Source: Vicinamibacteria bacterium
GTDB taxonomy: Bacteria > Acidobacteriota > Vicinamibacteria > Vicinamibacterales > UBA8438
DNA length: 64,000 nt
Direction of reading: 5' to 3'
Assembly: GCA_963579735.1 (NCBI GenBank)
Contig: CAUZIB010000011.1
Span: forward strand, 700 to 64,699
Shown here: positions 1 through 10,268 of the stretch, one piece after another
How positions within the stretch are numbered: position 1 is the first letter of the stretch
How the letters are laid out: the number at the start of each line of letters is the position of its first letter
Position numbers and translations under genes: made by a program
Notes under the pieces: generated by a model
Seen by the model: only the letters and a program-made list of their open reading frames with translations
Told to the model about the DNA's origin: nothing
Database searches by the model: none

Positions 1-58
1 CTTCGGGCGAGAGGAACCGTGGCCCTCTCTTTGAGAGCCTGAGACGGGAGACTGAGCC

Positions 59-1958
59 ATGAAAAGGGCGCCAAGGGATCGACATGGGATGCCGGTGGAC
101 CGTCGGGGTTTTCTGAAAGGGGCCGCCGCCGGAGCGGCGCTCTTTGCGGACAGCGGGGCAAGCCCCAGCGCCGAGGCGGCGCCGTTGCCTCTCCCTCCGG
201 CTCCGCGCGTCCCGGCGGTGCTGCCTCCGACCGAGGCCCAGCTGAGCGCCGAGACCCAAGCGTAGCCTCGGACCCCGGCCGTTGACGCCTATATCGTGGA
301 ACATCCGGGTTCCGACCATATGGTGGATGTGCTCCGGGCGCTGGATATCGAGTACTGCGCATCGAATTGCGGTTCGAGCTTCGAGGGGCTCCGGGAATCG
401 ATCGTCAACTACGGCGAGAACCGGATGCCCGAGTTCTTGACCTGTCTGCACGAAGAGTCGGCCGTTGCTATGGCCCACGGTTACGCCAAGATCGAGGGCA
501 AGCCGATGATGGCGCTGCTTCACGGCACCGTTGGCATTCAGCACGCCGCGATGGCCATCTCGCCTATTGTGACCGCGTGCCTGTCTGTCTGGTAGCCGGT
601 CTGGATCACGAGGGCCCGGTTACTGCCCACAACGCCACGGACATGGCCGCGATGGTGCGTGATTTTGTGAAGTGGGATCATCAACCGAAATCTCTCGACA
701 AGTTCGGGCGCTCCATTGTCCGCGCCTACGCCATCGCCACCACGCCCCCGATGGCGCCGGTGCTTGTGGTGGTTGACGCAAAGATTCAAAAAGCTGCGAT
801 GACGGGGAACCCGGTGGTGCCGCCGATCCCTTCGGCGAAATTTCCCAGCGCCGACCTTGGGTCGGTGCGGGAGATCGCCAGAATTCTCGTGGGCGCGGAG
901 AATCCGCGTATAGACGCCGGCCGATTCGCTCGTACACAGGAGGGCATCGACCTGCTGGTTGAACTTGCGGAGCTCTTGCAGTTGCCTGTGAATGACGGCA
1001 GCGCCCGGCTCAACTTTCCCAACCGGCATCCTTGGCCGGGACCGGTATCGGTAGGCCAGATGTCGTCTTGAACCTAGAGCCTGTCGGCCGCGGTGGCCTG
1101 TCGGGTGGGGCCGCTGGCGCGCGGACCATCACGATCAGCTCCGCGGAGTTCTTGATTGCCAGCAACTTCAACGTGAACGGGAGCGGCGCCGGTCAGGCGG
1201 ACATCCTCATCGCCGCCGACGCGCAAGCCTCCTTGCCGGCGCTTATCGAAGAGGTGTCGCGTCTTCTCACCGATGACCGGAGACGGTTCGTTGAGGACCG
1301 TGGGACCCAAATCGCGTCGGCCCATGCCGAGCGGCGACGGCAGGCCATTGCGACTGCCCGTTATGGGTGGGATGCCCGTCCGGTCAGTATGGCCCGGGTC
1401 GCGGCCGAGCTCTGGCCGCTCATCAAAGACGAGGACTGGTCGTTTTCGTCGCCTCAAGGGTTTATAGGCGGATGGCCAGGCCGGCTCTGGGACATGAAGA
1501 AGTCGTATCACGCGATCGGTTCACAGGGTGGCGGTGGTATCGGGTACTCGCTGCCCGCATCCGTCGGGGCCGCGCTCGCCAACAAGCAGCATGGGCGGAT
1601 CACGGTCAACATCAACGGGGATGGCGACCTCAACTACGCACCCGGTGCGTTGTGGACGGCCGTGCATCATCAGATTCCACTGCTGACGGTCGTGCACAAT
1701 AACCGCGCCTATCATCAGGAGCTCATGTATCTCCAACAGCAAGGTGCCGCGCGGAACCGGGGAGCGGAGCGCGCACCCATCGGGACGACGATTACCGACC
1801 CCAATATCGACTACGCAACCATGGCACGCGCCTACGGCATGTTCGCCGAGGGCCCGATCGAGAACCCCGGCGACCTCGGCCCGGCCCTCCGGCGGAGCGT
1901 CGAGCGGATCAAGTCGGGCGAACCAGCGCTCATAGACGTCGTGAGCCAACCGCGATGA
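59..1958 (+). pseudogene. Tat-leader thiamine-diphosphate (TPP)-dependent enzyme of the acetolactate synthase / pyruvate oxidase / benzoylformate decarboxylase superfamily, disrupted by one in-frame TAG and two frameshifts
   Basis: ORF 59-265 has a twin-arginine leader (DRRGFLKGAAAGAALF). The same frame continues past TAG 263-265 into the TPP N-terminal domain (ORF 296-595: LHEESAVAMAHGYAKIEGKPMMALLHGTVG). The middle domain lies in the frame of ORF 367-1071 (AYCDRVPV...VVVDAKIQ). The C-terminal PP domain lies in ORF 1032-1958 (GIGYSLPASVGAA...NINGDGDLNY...VVHNNRAYH). Frame switches fall near 558-565 and 1030-1036. Confidence 0.7.
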
Positions 1959-2392
1959 TCGCGATGACGATGACGAGAACACGAAGAACCACTTCTGTTC
2001 TCAGTGTCGCCGGTGCGCTCGTGATCGTGGCTGGTGTCGTGGGGACTCGTGGGGGAGAACCGACGATTGCCGCGCAGGAGCTGGCCGTCCCCGAGGGCGA
2101 CGCAGAGCGCGGACGCTTGCTCTTTACCGATTACACGTGCTTCGGTTGCCACGGGTATACAGGAGAGACCGGTCGTGACCCCAGATTGAACCCACTACGA
2201 CTCAGCCAGGACGGCTTTGTCGCGTATTTCCGGAATCCACCAAACCCGCGCCGAATGCCGCCCTATCGGCAGGCGGATGTCTCCGACCAGAAGCTGGTCG
2301 ATGTTTACGCGTTCCTCCGTTCGTTGCCATCGGGGTCACCCGAGGCGGAGAGCATTCCGGTGCTGAGCGACATTCTCAAAGAGATTCGTTAG
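1955..2392 (+). CDS. membrane-anchored monohaem c-type cytochrome
   Basis: N-terminal hydrophobic anchor (VLSVAGALVIVAGVV), a single CFGCH haem motif and a distal Met candidate (RRMPPY). Its ATG overlaps the TGA of the upstream TPP gene (ATGA). Confidence 0.8.
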   Translation: MIAMTMTRTRRTTSVLSVAGALVIVAGVVGTRGGEPTIAAQELAVPEGDAERGRLLFTDYTCFGCHGYTGETGRDPRLNPLRLSQDGFVAYFRNPPNPRRMPPYRQADVSDQKLVDVYAFLRSLPSGSPEAESIPVLSDILKEIR

Positions 2393-2456
2393 TGGTGTCT
2401 GTGACTCGGCGCACGCTGCCGACACGACTTCCACCACGGGCGGCTGGGCTTACGGT

Positions 2457-4022
2457 TTACGGTAGCGCCGGTGTCGTTGACGGCGGCTGACGGCGAAGCG
2501 TGCCCTGCTCGTAGGCATAGCCAAGTTTGAGCAGCAGCGCCTCACTGAAAGGCCGTCCGAGAAACTCGAGCCCGACGGGGAGACCGCGAGCGGTAAAGCC
2601 CGCCGGCACGGTCACGGCCGGAAATCCGGTCACCGGGCTGAGGTATCGATTGTTGCCTCGAGCGTAGGCGTCGTCCGTGTCCGCGTTGGTGAGGGCGTCG
2701 GGTGCGATCAGCGTCGTTTCGTGGTCAAACGTCGCGTAGACCACGGCGTCGAGGCCGTGGTCACCCATCGAGCTCAACACGGCTCGTCGCAGCCGCTCCC
2801 GGGCGTGCAGGATGGCGAGATAGCCGCTGTCCTCGGTCGACTTTCCAACCACGTTCATCAAACCTTTGGCTCGCCACGGCGTGACCACACCCGACAGCAA
2901 AATGTCTCGGACGCTGCGAATGGGCGCGTGGTCCTGGGCGTTCAAATACGCGTTCATGGCGGCCTCGGTCTCGTAGTTGTTTCTCACATAAGCTTGCTGT
3001 GCGGTCGCCAGGTTGGGCACGACCACGGGGTCGACGATAACGGCCCCGAGCGACTGCATGTCGGCGATTGACTGATCAATCACGCCGCGTACTTGGAGGT
3101 AGTCGTCAGCCTCGGGGTCAGTGTTTGGATCCATCGATTCTCGGATCACGCCAATCCGCGCGCCGCGAAGCACGTCCGTCGCAAGACTATCGGTATACGA
3201 CTCCGGTATCTGGCCCACGGCGTAGGCCGTGACGGGGTCCTGGGGGTCATACCCGGCCAGGACATCGAGGAGAGTCGCGGCGTCGCGCACAGTACGGGTT
3301 ATGGGTCCAAGGGTGTCACTGGATGGATTCGCCGGCATCATGCCATAACGACTCACCAGCGGAACCGTCGGTCTAAGGCCGACCAGACTATGGACCGCCG
3401 CTGGACCTCGGATCGATCCTCCGGTGTCTTCGCCGATCCCGATCATTCCAAAGTTGGCGGCGATTCCAGCGCCCGTGCCTCCCGACGAACCGCTAGGGTT
3501 CCGGGTGGGGTCATAGGCATTGCGGATTGCGCCAAAGGCGGACCCGACATAGCGCGACGCAAACTCACCCATATTCGTTTTGGCCAAAATGATCGCGCCC
3601 GCTTCTCGCATCCGGACAACGATTGTGGCGTCCCGTCCGGACACAAAACCGTCAAACAACGCCGAGCCATACGTCGTCGGCATCTCACGTGTCTCGACCT
3701 GGTCCTTGAGGAGCACGGGGATACAGTGGAGCGGTCCCACCAGACCCGACGCGGCGAAATCCGCGTCGAGCGAATCCGCTTTATCCAGCGCCGCAGGGTT
3801 GATGTATTGGATGGCATTGAGTGCCGGGCCGTCCTGGTCATACGCTTCGATACGATCGAGATACTGCTGAACAAGAGCACGGCAGCTAATCTCGCCGGAG
3901 GCGAAGGCCGTATGCACGTCATTGATCGTTGCTTCCAGTAGCTGAAAACTCTGGGCGCTGGCGACCCGGGAGGCCATCAGCACTGCTATCACGCCGTACG
4001 CGATTCGCCGTCTGTTACGCAT
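2457..4022 (-). CDS. amidase-signature family amidase with signal peptide
   Basis: 521-aa ORF with signal peptide MRNRRRIAYGVIAVLMASRVASAQ. The amidase-signature Gly/Ser-rich core is present (NPSGSSGGTGAGIAANF...GEDTGGSIRGPAA) with an upstream Lys (LLKDQVET). Confidence 0.9.
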   Translation of the reverse strand: MRNRRRIAYGVIAVLMASRVASAQSFQLLEATINDVHTAFASGEISCRALVQQYLDRIEAYDQDGPALNAIQYINPAALDKADSLDADFAASGLVGPLHCIPVLLKDQVETREMPTTYGSALFDGFVSGRDATIVVRMREAGAIILAKTNMGEFASRYVGSAFGAIRNAYDPTRNPSGSSGGTGAGIAANFGMIGIGEDTGGSIRGPAAVHSLVGLRPTVPLVSRYGMMPANPSSDTLGPITRTVRDAATLLDVLAGYDPQDPVTAYAVGQIPESYTDSLATDVLRGARIGVIRESMDPNTDPEADDYLQVRGVIDQSIADMQSLGAVIVDPVVVPNLATAQQAYVRNNYETEAAMNAYLNAQDHAPIRSVRDILLSGVVTPWRAKGLMNVVGKSTEDSGYLAILHARERLRRAVLSSMGDHGLDAVVYATFDHETTLIAPDALTNADTDDAYARGNNRYLSPVTGFPAVTVPAGFTARGLPVGLEFLGRPFSEALLLKLGYAYEQGTLRRQPPSTTPALP

Positions 4023-4030
4023 GGCCTATT

Positions 4031-4816
4031 ATGGTGCACCCCATGAAATTCTTGTCGCTCGCAACGTGTGTGGTGGTCGTGATGTGGGTGTCGGTACTTG
4101 GCGTCTTTTGCGTGTCGCCCGCGGCGGCGTGGCAGGACCGTGAAAACGAGCAGGGCCAGCGGCTGTACGAAAGCCAGTGCGGCAGCTGTCACGGGCCGCA
4201 GGGAAATGGCGGCAAGGGAGCCAATCTCGCGCAACCAACGCTACGGCGCGCGTCGAGTGACGCGGCGCTATTCACCATCATTCGTCGCGGCATCAGCGGA
4301 ACCGAGATGCCGGGTTCGCCGCTCACGCCGGGCCAAGTGTCGAGCATCGCGGCCTACGTGAGGACGCTGGGCCGTGTCGCGACGGAGAACGTCCCAGGCG
4401 ATGGAACCCGGGGCGAGGCCGTCTATAGGCAGCTCGATTGCGCGCGGTGCCACACCGTGGATGGCCGCGGCGGCGTCATTGGTCCTGGTCTCGAGGACAT
4501 CGGCGCGCGTCGCAGCGCCGCTCATCTGCGCGAGGCCCTGCTGGCCCCAGAGGTCGCGGTGCCAAGCGGTTTTCTTCAGGTCCGGGCGGTCACCCGAGAT
4601 GGCCGCATGTTCACCGGTGTCCGGGTCAATGAAGATGGATTCTCAATACAGTTCAGAGACCTGAGCGGCCAATTTCTATCATTTTGGAAAGACGAGCTCG
4701 ATGTGCTCGACCGTGAGTGGCAACGCTCGCCGATGCCGAGCTACGAAGGGCGTTTGACACCCGATCAAACCGACGACCTCGTCGCGTATCTGGTATCGCT
4801 CAAGGGAACCTCATGA
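4031..4816 (+). CDS. dihaem c-type cytochrome, likely electron acceptor of the downstream quinoprotein
   Basis: Two CxxCH motifs (CGSCHG, CARCHT) after a signal or anchor peptide (MKFLSLATCVVVVMWVSVLG). The C-terminal part resembles the haem-binding domain common in Planctomycetes/Verrucomicrobia (GPGLEDIG...SPMPSY...DLVAYLVSL). The stop overlaps the start of the PQQ gene. The start could instead be ATG 4043. The ORF-track start at 3929 is an over-extension into the divergent amidase gene. Confidence 0.8.
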   Translation: MVHPMKFLSLATCVVVVMWVSVLGVFCVSPAAAWQDRENEQGQRLYESQCGSCHGPQGNGGKGANLAQPTLRRASSDAALFTIIRRGISGTEMPGSPLTPGQVSSIAAYVRTLGRVATENVPGDGTRGEAVYRQLDCARCHTVDGRGGVIGPGLEDIGARRSAAHLREALLAPEVAVPSGFLQVRAVTRDGRMFTGVRVNEDGFSIQFRDLSGQFLSFWKDELDVLDREWQRSPMPSYEGRLTPDQTDDLVAYLVSLKGTS

Positions 4817-6402
4817 AGACCCTCCTTGTCTTGTTGTCGCTCGTCATGGCTTCCCCCGTCGTTGCCCAGGTGCCGTATGAACGGATCTTGGAGGCCTCGT
4901 CCGAACCTGGTCATTGGTTGACCTACTCTGGAACATATGGAGCGCAACGCTTTTCGACGCTCGACCAGATCAATCGCGACAACGTCGACGAGCTTCGGCC
5001 CGCCTGGACCTACCAAGCTCGGTCGCTGCAAAAGTTCGAAGTCTCACCGCTCGTCGTGGACGGCGTGATGTATATCACCGAGGCGCCGAGCGATGCCACC
5101 GCGCTCGACCTTCGCACGGGACGTCCGATCTGGCAGTATCGCCGGTCCCTCCCAGACGGCATCGTGACCTGTTGCGGGCAGGTAAACCGCGGGGTCGCGC
5201 TCCTTGACGACCAGGTCTTTCTCGGGACAGTCGATGCCCATCTGGTGGCACTCGACGCGCGGACCGGTCGGGTGCGGTGGGACATCGAGGTTGCCGACTA
5301 CACGCTTGGATATTCAGTGACGGTGGCGCCACTCGCCCTCGAAGACAAGATCATCGTGGGTATCTCCGGTGGCGAATACGGGATCCGGGGGTTTCTTGAC
5401 GCTTACGACCCCGTCACTGGCGACCGGCTGTGGCGGTTCTGGACGGTGCCCGGCCCCGGTGAGCCCGGACACGACACGTGGTCTGGTGACAGCTGGAAAC
5501 GAGGCGGCGCCCCCACGTGGGTCACCGGTGCCTATGACCCCGAGCTTGACTTGCTCTATTGGGGTACGGGCAATCCCGGGCCGGACTTTATCGGCGAAGT
5601 ACGCGAAGGGGACAACCTCTACTCGGAGGCTCTCCTCGCGCTCGACCCGGACACCGGACAGCTCGTCTGGCATTTCCAGTTTCTCCCTCACGACATCCAC
5701 GATTACGACTCGACTCAGGTTCCGGTTCTGCTCGACGCAGAGCTTGACGGTGAACCGAGACAGCTCGTCCTGTTCCCAAACCGGAACGGCTTCTACTATG
5801 TGCTCGACCGCGCCACCGGGGAGTTCTTGGTGGGAAAGCCCTTCGCCAAGCAGACATGGGCGCTGGGGTTGGACGCACACGGACGGCCCATCGAGAACCC
5901 CGACACCATACCCAGCGCGGAAGGCGCACTGGTATATCCAGATGACGATGGGGCGGCCAACTGGTATAGCCCGACGTATAGTCCGCAGACCGATCTCATC
6001 TATCAGAACGTCCGGGAGAAAGGTGGCATCTACTACCTGGCCGACGCGACCTATGAGCCCGGCGAGATCTATATGGGTGCGAGTCGACGCGTCGTGACGG
6101 GAGAAGACCCGGGCGGATTCTTGCGCGCCCTCGAACCCTTGACCGGCGATCTCGTGTGGGAGCTCGCGGTTCACTCTCCACCCTGGGCCGGGCTCATGTC
6201 GACGGCAGGCGGCCTGGTCTTTTCAGGAACCATGGAGGGCGACTTTTTTGCGGCGGACGCCCTGACCGGCGATGTGCTCTGGCGATTTCAGACGGGGGGC
6301 GCTGTGTATGCAAACCCGATTACGTATCTCAGCGAAGGCCGCCAGTTTGTCGCCATTGCCGCCGGGAACGCCCTCGTCACGTTCGCCCTACCGCCGGAGT
6401 AA
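4813..6402 (+). CDS. PQQ-dependent alcohol dehydrogenase, methanol/ethanol family, XoxF/ExaF/PedH-like
   Basis: Signal peptide MKTLLVLLSLVMASPVVAQ, vicinal Cys pair (GIVTCCGQVNRG) and eight-bladed propeller-type W motifs. The segment LPHDIHDYDS aligns with the catalytic Asp-x-Asp of lanthanide-type enzymes. ATGA coupling to the upstream cytochrome gene. Confidence 0.85.
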   Translation: MKTLLVLLSLVMASPVVAQVPYERILEASSEPGHWLTYSGTYGAQRFSTLDQINRDNVDELRPAWTYQARSLQKFEVSPLVVDGVMYITEAPSDATALDLRTGRPIWQYRRSLPDGIVTCCGQVNRGVALLDDQVFLGTVDAHLVALDARTGRVRWDIEVADYTLGYSVTVAPLALEDKIIVGISGGEYGIRGFLDAYDPVTGDRLWRFWTVPGPGEPGHDTWSGDSWKRGGAPTWVTGAYDPELDLLYWGTGNPGPDFIGEVREGDNLYSEALLALDPDTGQLVWHFQFLPHDIHDYDSTQVPVLLDAELDGEPRQLVLFPNRNGFYYVLDRATGEFLVGKPFAKQTWALGLDAHGRPIENPDTIPSAEGALVYPDDDGAANWYSPTYSPQTDLIYQNVREKGGIYYLADATYEPGEIYMGASRRVVTGEDPGGFLRALEPLTGDLVWELAVHSPPWAGLMSTAGGLVFSGTMEGDFFAADALTGDVLWRFQTGGAVYANPITYLSEGRQFVAIAAGNALVTFALPPE

Positions 6403-6892
6403 GCGTTTCAGGCAGATCGTTGCGTTTTTGCACGCTAAGCCTGGCGCTTCTGGCGAGCGGCTGAGGTGCCGTCGCACAAGGCTCGTGACCTCGTAGAATC
6501 GATGGGCGTGCGAGACTGTCGGTTTTCCTCGGAGAGGCCGGGTTGGTCACGGATACGTAGTGCGGCTGATGGAGAAGCGGATGGACGGCAAGACGTGAGA
6601 GGCCGACGAGCGGGGGCGCCTGTAGGCACTGAGCCTCTTTGAGTGGCTCTGTGGTCGGTATCCTGGTCGCTTTCAGCCGGCCTCCGGACGTTGCAGCGCC
6701 GGGTACGCGACTGGCACGCGCAGCACGAGCTGGAGGTCGAAGTGGATTTTTGAGCAGGTCGCGGTTCCGGGCCGCGAGGCCGCGCCGGATTTCACCGACA
6801 CGGGGGACCTTGGCGTCACGATTCAAGGCGAGGACGCCGAGAGTCGGCTAGTATGTCAATCGTGCGGCTATAGCCCATTTTTATTCGCGGTT

Positions 6893-8093
6893 TTGATTTC
6901 CACGGCGTTGATCGTGGCCGCCGTGATCGTGAACTCCCGACGACCCGCGCTCCAGACCGAGCGTGCCAGCGCGACCCAAGTGACCGCGACCGGCCGGTGC
7001 GCGGCGTGCCACCGAGATGTGGCCTCGGCGGTCGTGCACGAGTATGAGATGAGCCGTCATGCGAATCAGGGCGTGAGTTGTCTCGACTGTCATCAGCCTG
7101 CGGATGGGCAGGCAACCGATGACCACAACGGGTTCATGATCTCGACGGAGCTGACGGCGAAGAACTGCTCGTCGTGTCATCCTCGGGAATACGACCAGTT
7201 CCTGCGTAGCCGTCACGCGGCGCCGGCCGTGGCCGCGGTGACGGGGCCGGCTGGTTTTTCGGCCGAGCAGATTGCGCTCGCCGAGGGTTATCACCCGGGT
7301 ATGGTCGAGCGGCCGGCCAATGCGCTGGCCGGCCTCGAGGGCGAGACCGCCATCCAAGTGGGCTGTACCAAGTGCCATCAGATCGGGGCGCCAAATCGAG
7401 ATGGATCGATCGGCCGCTGCACCGAGTGCCACGCACGACACAATGCATCGATCCAGCTGGCTCGAACCCCAGAAACCTGTGGTCAGTGTCATATGGGACC
7501 GGACCACTCGCAACTCGATATTTACTACGAGTCGAAGCACGGGATTTTGTTCAACGACGAGCGCAACCGGATAGCGTATGGCCGTACCACCGGCGGAACT
7601 CACGACCGTGGACATGCCGGTGCCAACCTGCGCGACGTGCCATCTGAGTGGTCTCAACGGACTCGGCGTGACGCACGACACGACGGAGCGGTTGTCATGG
7701 CTGCTGTATGCACCGATTTCGGAGAAGCGGAGTGGCTACCAGCAAGGGCAGAACGCGATGCAGGCGACGTGTCTCCAATGTCATACCTCGGGAACCGTGA
7801 CCGAGTTCTATGCGGACGCAGAAGCGGTGGTCGAGAGCACCAACGCGAAGGTGCGCGAGGCGTTGCAGATTGTCGAAGCGGCTCGGGCTGACGGTCTTCT
7901 CACGCCTGCGCCTTTTGACGAAGAGTTCGAGTTTCTGGAATTCCATCTCTGGCACTACTTTGGCCGCACCGCAAAGGACGGCGCCTTTATGGGTGGTGCC
8001 GACTTTGTGCAGTGGCACGGGAACTACGAGCTGTTGCACTACCGAACGCAGATCGAGAAAGCCGTAACCGAGTTCCGTGATACTCAGCAATAG
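6893..8093 (+). CDS. octahaem cytochrome c of the hydroxylamine oxidoreductase (HAO/HDH) family, with an apparent single frameshift
   Basis: Eight CxxCH motifs across two frames: CAACH, CLDCH, CSSCH, CTKCH, CTECH and CGQCH in ORF 6893-7891, then CATCH and CLQCH in ORF 7578-8093. HAO-type block RCTECHARHNASIQLARTPETCGQCHMGPDHSQLDIYYESKHG and C-terminal block HLWHYFGRTAKDGAFMGGADFVQWHGNYEL. N-terminal TM anchor. The frame switch lies about 7575-7585, just after the stop at 7572-7574 in the second frame. Confidence 0.8.
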
Positions 8094-8881
8094 CCCGGCG
8101 CTCCGCCGCTGGGCCGTCGAGATTTTCGCCGCGACCAATCTTGGCTTTCTGGTCGTGGACATCTCGTTCGCGCACTCCATGAATGCGTTCCACCACTCGG
8201 CCGAGTGGATTCCGCTCGTGTTCTCGATCCTCGCGCCTGCGTTTCTGATCCCCGGGTTGTGGTCCGGGAATCCTGGCGCCGGCACCTCCAGGCTTGTAGG
8301 GGTGGTGGTCGGTGCCGTGAGCGTCGTCATCGGCGTCGCGGGTCTGTTGTGGTATTTGAATGGCACGTTCTTTGCGGAGCAGACCCTGCACAATCTGGTA
8401 CACACGGCGCCGTTCGCGGCGCCGCTCTCCTACGCGGGGCTGGGGTTTCTTCTCATCCTCAATCGAACCGAAGCTCCGGACAGGCCTGCGTACGGCCAGT
8501 GGGTGACGCTGTTCGCGGCGGGCGGGTTCGCGGGCAATCTTGGGCTCACACTCGGTGACCATGCACAGAACGGTTTCTTCTATCCATCGGAATGGGTCGG
8601 GGTCGTGGCGGCAGCGGTGGGGCTGGCATTCTTGTTGACGGCGACGTGGGCCCACCAAAATCGACAGTATCTCCAACTCTGTTCTGTGGGTCCTGATGGC
8701 CCAGGTGTTCGTGGGGTTCGTCGGGGCCGGTTTGCATCTGCGAGCGATCGCGGCCGGGCCCAGCGACTCATGGCTGGACAACGCGATCTATACGGCGCCG
8801 CTGTTTGCGCCGCTGCTGTTCGTTGATCTGGCGATTCTCGGCGCGCTCGGGTTGTGGTGTAGTCGATCGACCGCTCCGTGA
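8077..8881 (+). CDS. polytopic membrane protein downstream of the HAO-like gene, with an apparent single frameshift
   Basis: ORF 8077-8826 is hydrophobic with several TM segments and His residues (SFAHSMNAFHHSAEW) until about 8650, then turns Arg-rich. ORF 8696-8881 in another frame continues as membrane helices (VLWVLMAQVFVGFVGAGLHL...LFAPLLFVDLAILGALGLW). The frame switch lies near 8640-8660, at an A4 run. It overlaps the HAO stop by 17 nt. Confidence 0.55.
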
Positions 8882-8995
8882 TCTCACGGTCGTTTCGTTC
8901 TTTGAAGCAGTTCTACACTGTCGCGATGGATACAGATTCTCGATACGCATGGAGCTCGTGACAATGGCGAGCAGCAACACAGGTGATGTTGCCGG

Positions 8996-10225
8996 TCAGT
9001 CGGGTCGCAGATGCGAATCTCGGCGACGGCTTCCGCCCGCGAGCCGCACCGCGTCATAGCCAAAGCGCGCGCGTATTGCGTCCACTGCCACCTCTCGCCG
9101 TCGATCGTTCTTGAATAGCGCGAGCTGACTGTCAAAGAGGCCAAGATGAGAGAGGGCGACGCCGAGGAGCCGCACGCCACGCCGCCCATCTCGGGCTCCG
9201 ATATACAGGTCTTTGACCACGGAGTAGACTTCGATGTCCGAGGACGTCGGCGAGATCGTGCGCGACCGAGTGAGGGTCTGAAAGTTGGAGTAGCGCAGCT
9301 TCACTGTCACGGTGCGCGCCTTCACGCCACGCCGCCGTACCCGCCAGCAGACTCGCTCGCACAACGAGCACAGCTGTGATTCGATGGTTGCCGAGTCACC
9401 GACGTCCGCGCGGAAGGTGCGTTCGTTGGAAATACTCCCGACCGAATCCCCTTCGACGTCGTGCTCCCGAAAGGCGGGTCGGTCACGGCTCAGGTCTGCA
9501 GAGCCGAGCCCCCGAGCACTGTCCTTCACATGCTCTGCCCACGCACCGAAGATTCGTCGCAGGTCGGAAAGCGGCATCGCCGCCACCTGGCCGAGCGTCG
9601 TGAGACCGGCACGCTCGAGCTTCTTCTCGGCCACCGGACCGATCCCCGGCAGCTTGCGCACCGGGAGCGGCGCCAGCAGAGCCGCCTCGCTGCCGGCCGG
9701 CACCAACAGAACACCGGCTGGCTTGGCGAGCCCGCTCCCGATCTTTGCCATCGAACGGCTGGTGCCGATTCCCGCGCTGGACGGAAGCCCAAGCTCGTCC
9801 TGAATTACCGCCGTCATCTCCTGCACGGTCCGCTCGATGGTTGCGTCGTCGGACGCGTCTCCAGACTTCCGGTAAAGACGCTCGCAGCCCGCGAAATCCA
9901 TATACAACTCATCGATACTGGCGACCTGAATTACTGGCGAGTAGCGACTGGCGATCTTCCGTACCTTCGCTGAGAACTCGCTATACACACCGTCCCGCAC
10001 TGGAAGATAAACTGCGTGAGGAGCGAGTTTCCCAGCTTCGGTGAGGGACATACCCGAACGCACCCCCACCTCGCGGACCTCGTAGCTGCAGGCCGTAACC
10101 ACGCCGCGCGTCCCCGGGCGCCCTCCCACGACAACCGGCTTGCCCTCGAGAGACGGGTCGAGAGTTCTCTCGATAGAGACAAAGAAGGTGTCCAGGTCGA
10201 GGCAGCAGATACGCGGAGCAGTCAT
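8996..10225 (-). CDS. dinB: DNA polymerase IV (Y-family)
   Basis: N-terminus MTAPRICCLDLDTFFVSIERTLDPSLEGKPVVVGG, followed by SIDELYMD and the little-finger region. The start is set at the ATG at 10225; the ORF-track start at 10303 runs into the upstream gene. Confidence 0.9.
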   Translation of the reverse strand: MTAPRICCLDLDTFFVSIERTLDPSLEGKPVVVGGRPGTRGVVTACSYEVREVGVRSGMSLTEAGKLAPHAVYLPVRDGVYSEFSAKVRKIASRYSPVIQVASIDELYMDFAGCERLYRKSGDASDDATIERTVQEMTAVIQDELGLPSSAGIGTSRSMAKIGSGLAKPAGVLLVPAGSEAALLAPLPVRKLPGIGPVAEKKLERAGLTTLGQVAAMPLSDLRRIFGAWAEHVKDSARGLGSADLSRDRPAFREHDVEGDSVGSISNERTFRADVGDSATIESQLCSLCERVCWRVRRRGVKARTVTVKLRYSNFQTLTRSRTISPTSSDIEVYSVVKDLYIGARDGRRGVRLLGVALSHLGLFDSQLALFKNDRRREVAVDAIRARFGYDAVRLAGGSRRRDSHLRPD

Positions 10226-10268
10226 GGCGCTTGACGATAGTTTCTGACGACCGACAGGGTCTAAGGCG

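Noticed and set aside
5314-6174. 286-aa minus-strand ORF inside the PQQ alcohol dehydrogenase gene
   Set aside because: It is an antisense shadow ORF typical of GC-rich DNA. It is Arg/Pro/Gly-rich with no motifs, and it is fully contained in a strongly supported plus-strand gene.
6403-6892. A 490-bp gene-free gap after the PQQ-ADH gene. I looked for an IS or transposase remnant (a fragment reads ...GLRTLQRRVRDWHAQHELEV..., vaguely like a transposase HTH), a tRNA or a small RNA.
   Set aside because: The similarity is too short and weak to support. There are no inverted repeats, tRNA-like features or convincing ORFs. The region remains unexplained but nothing can be called.
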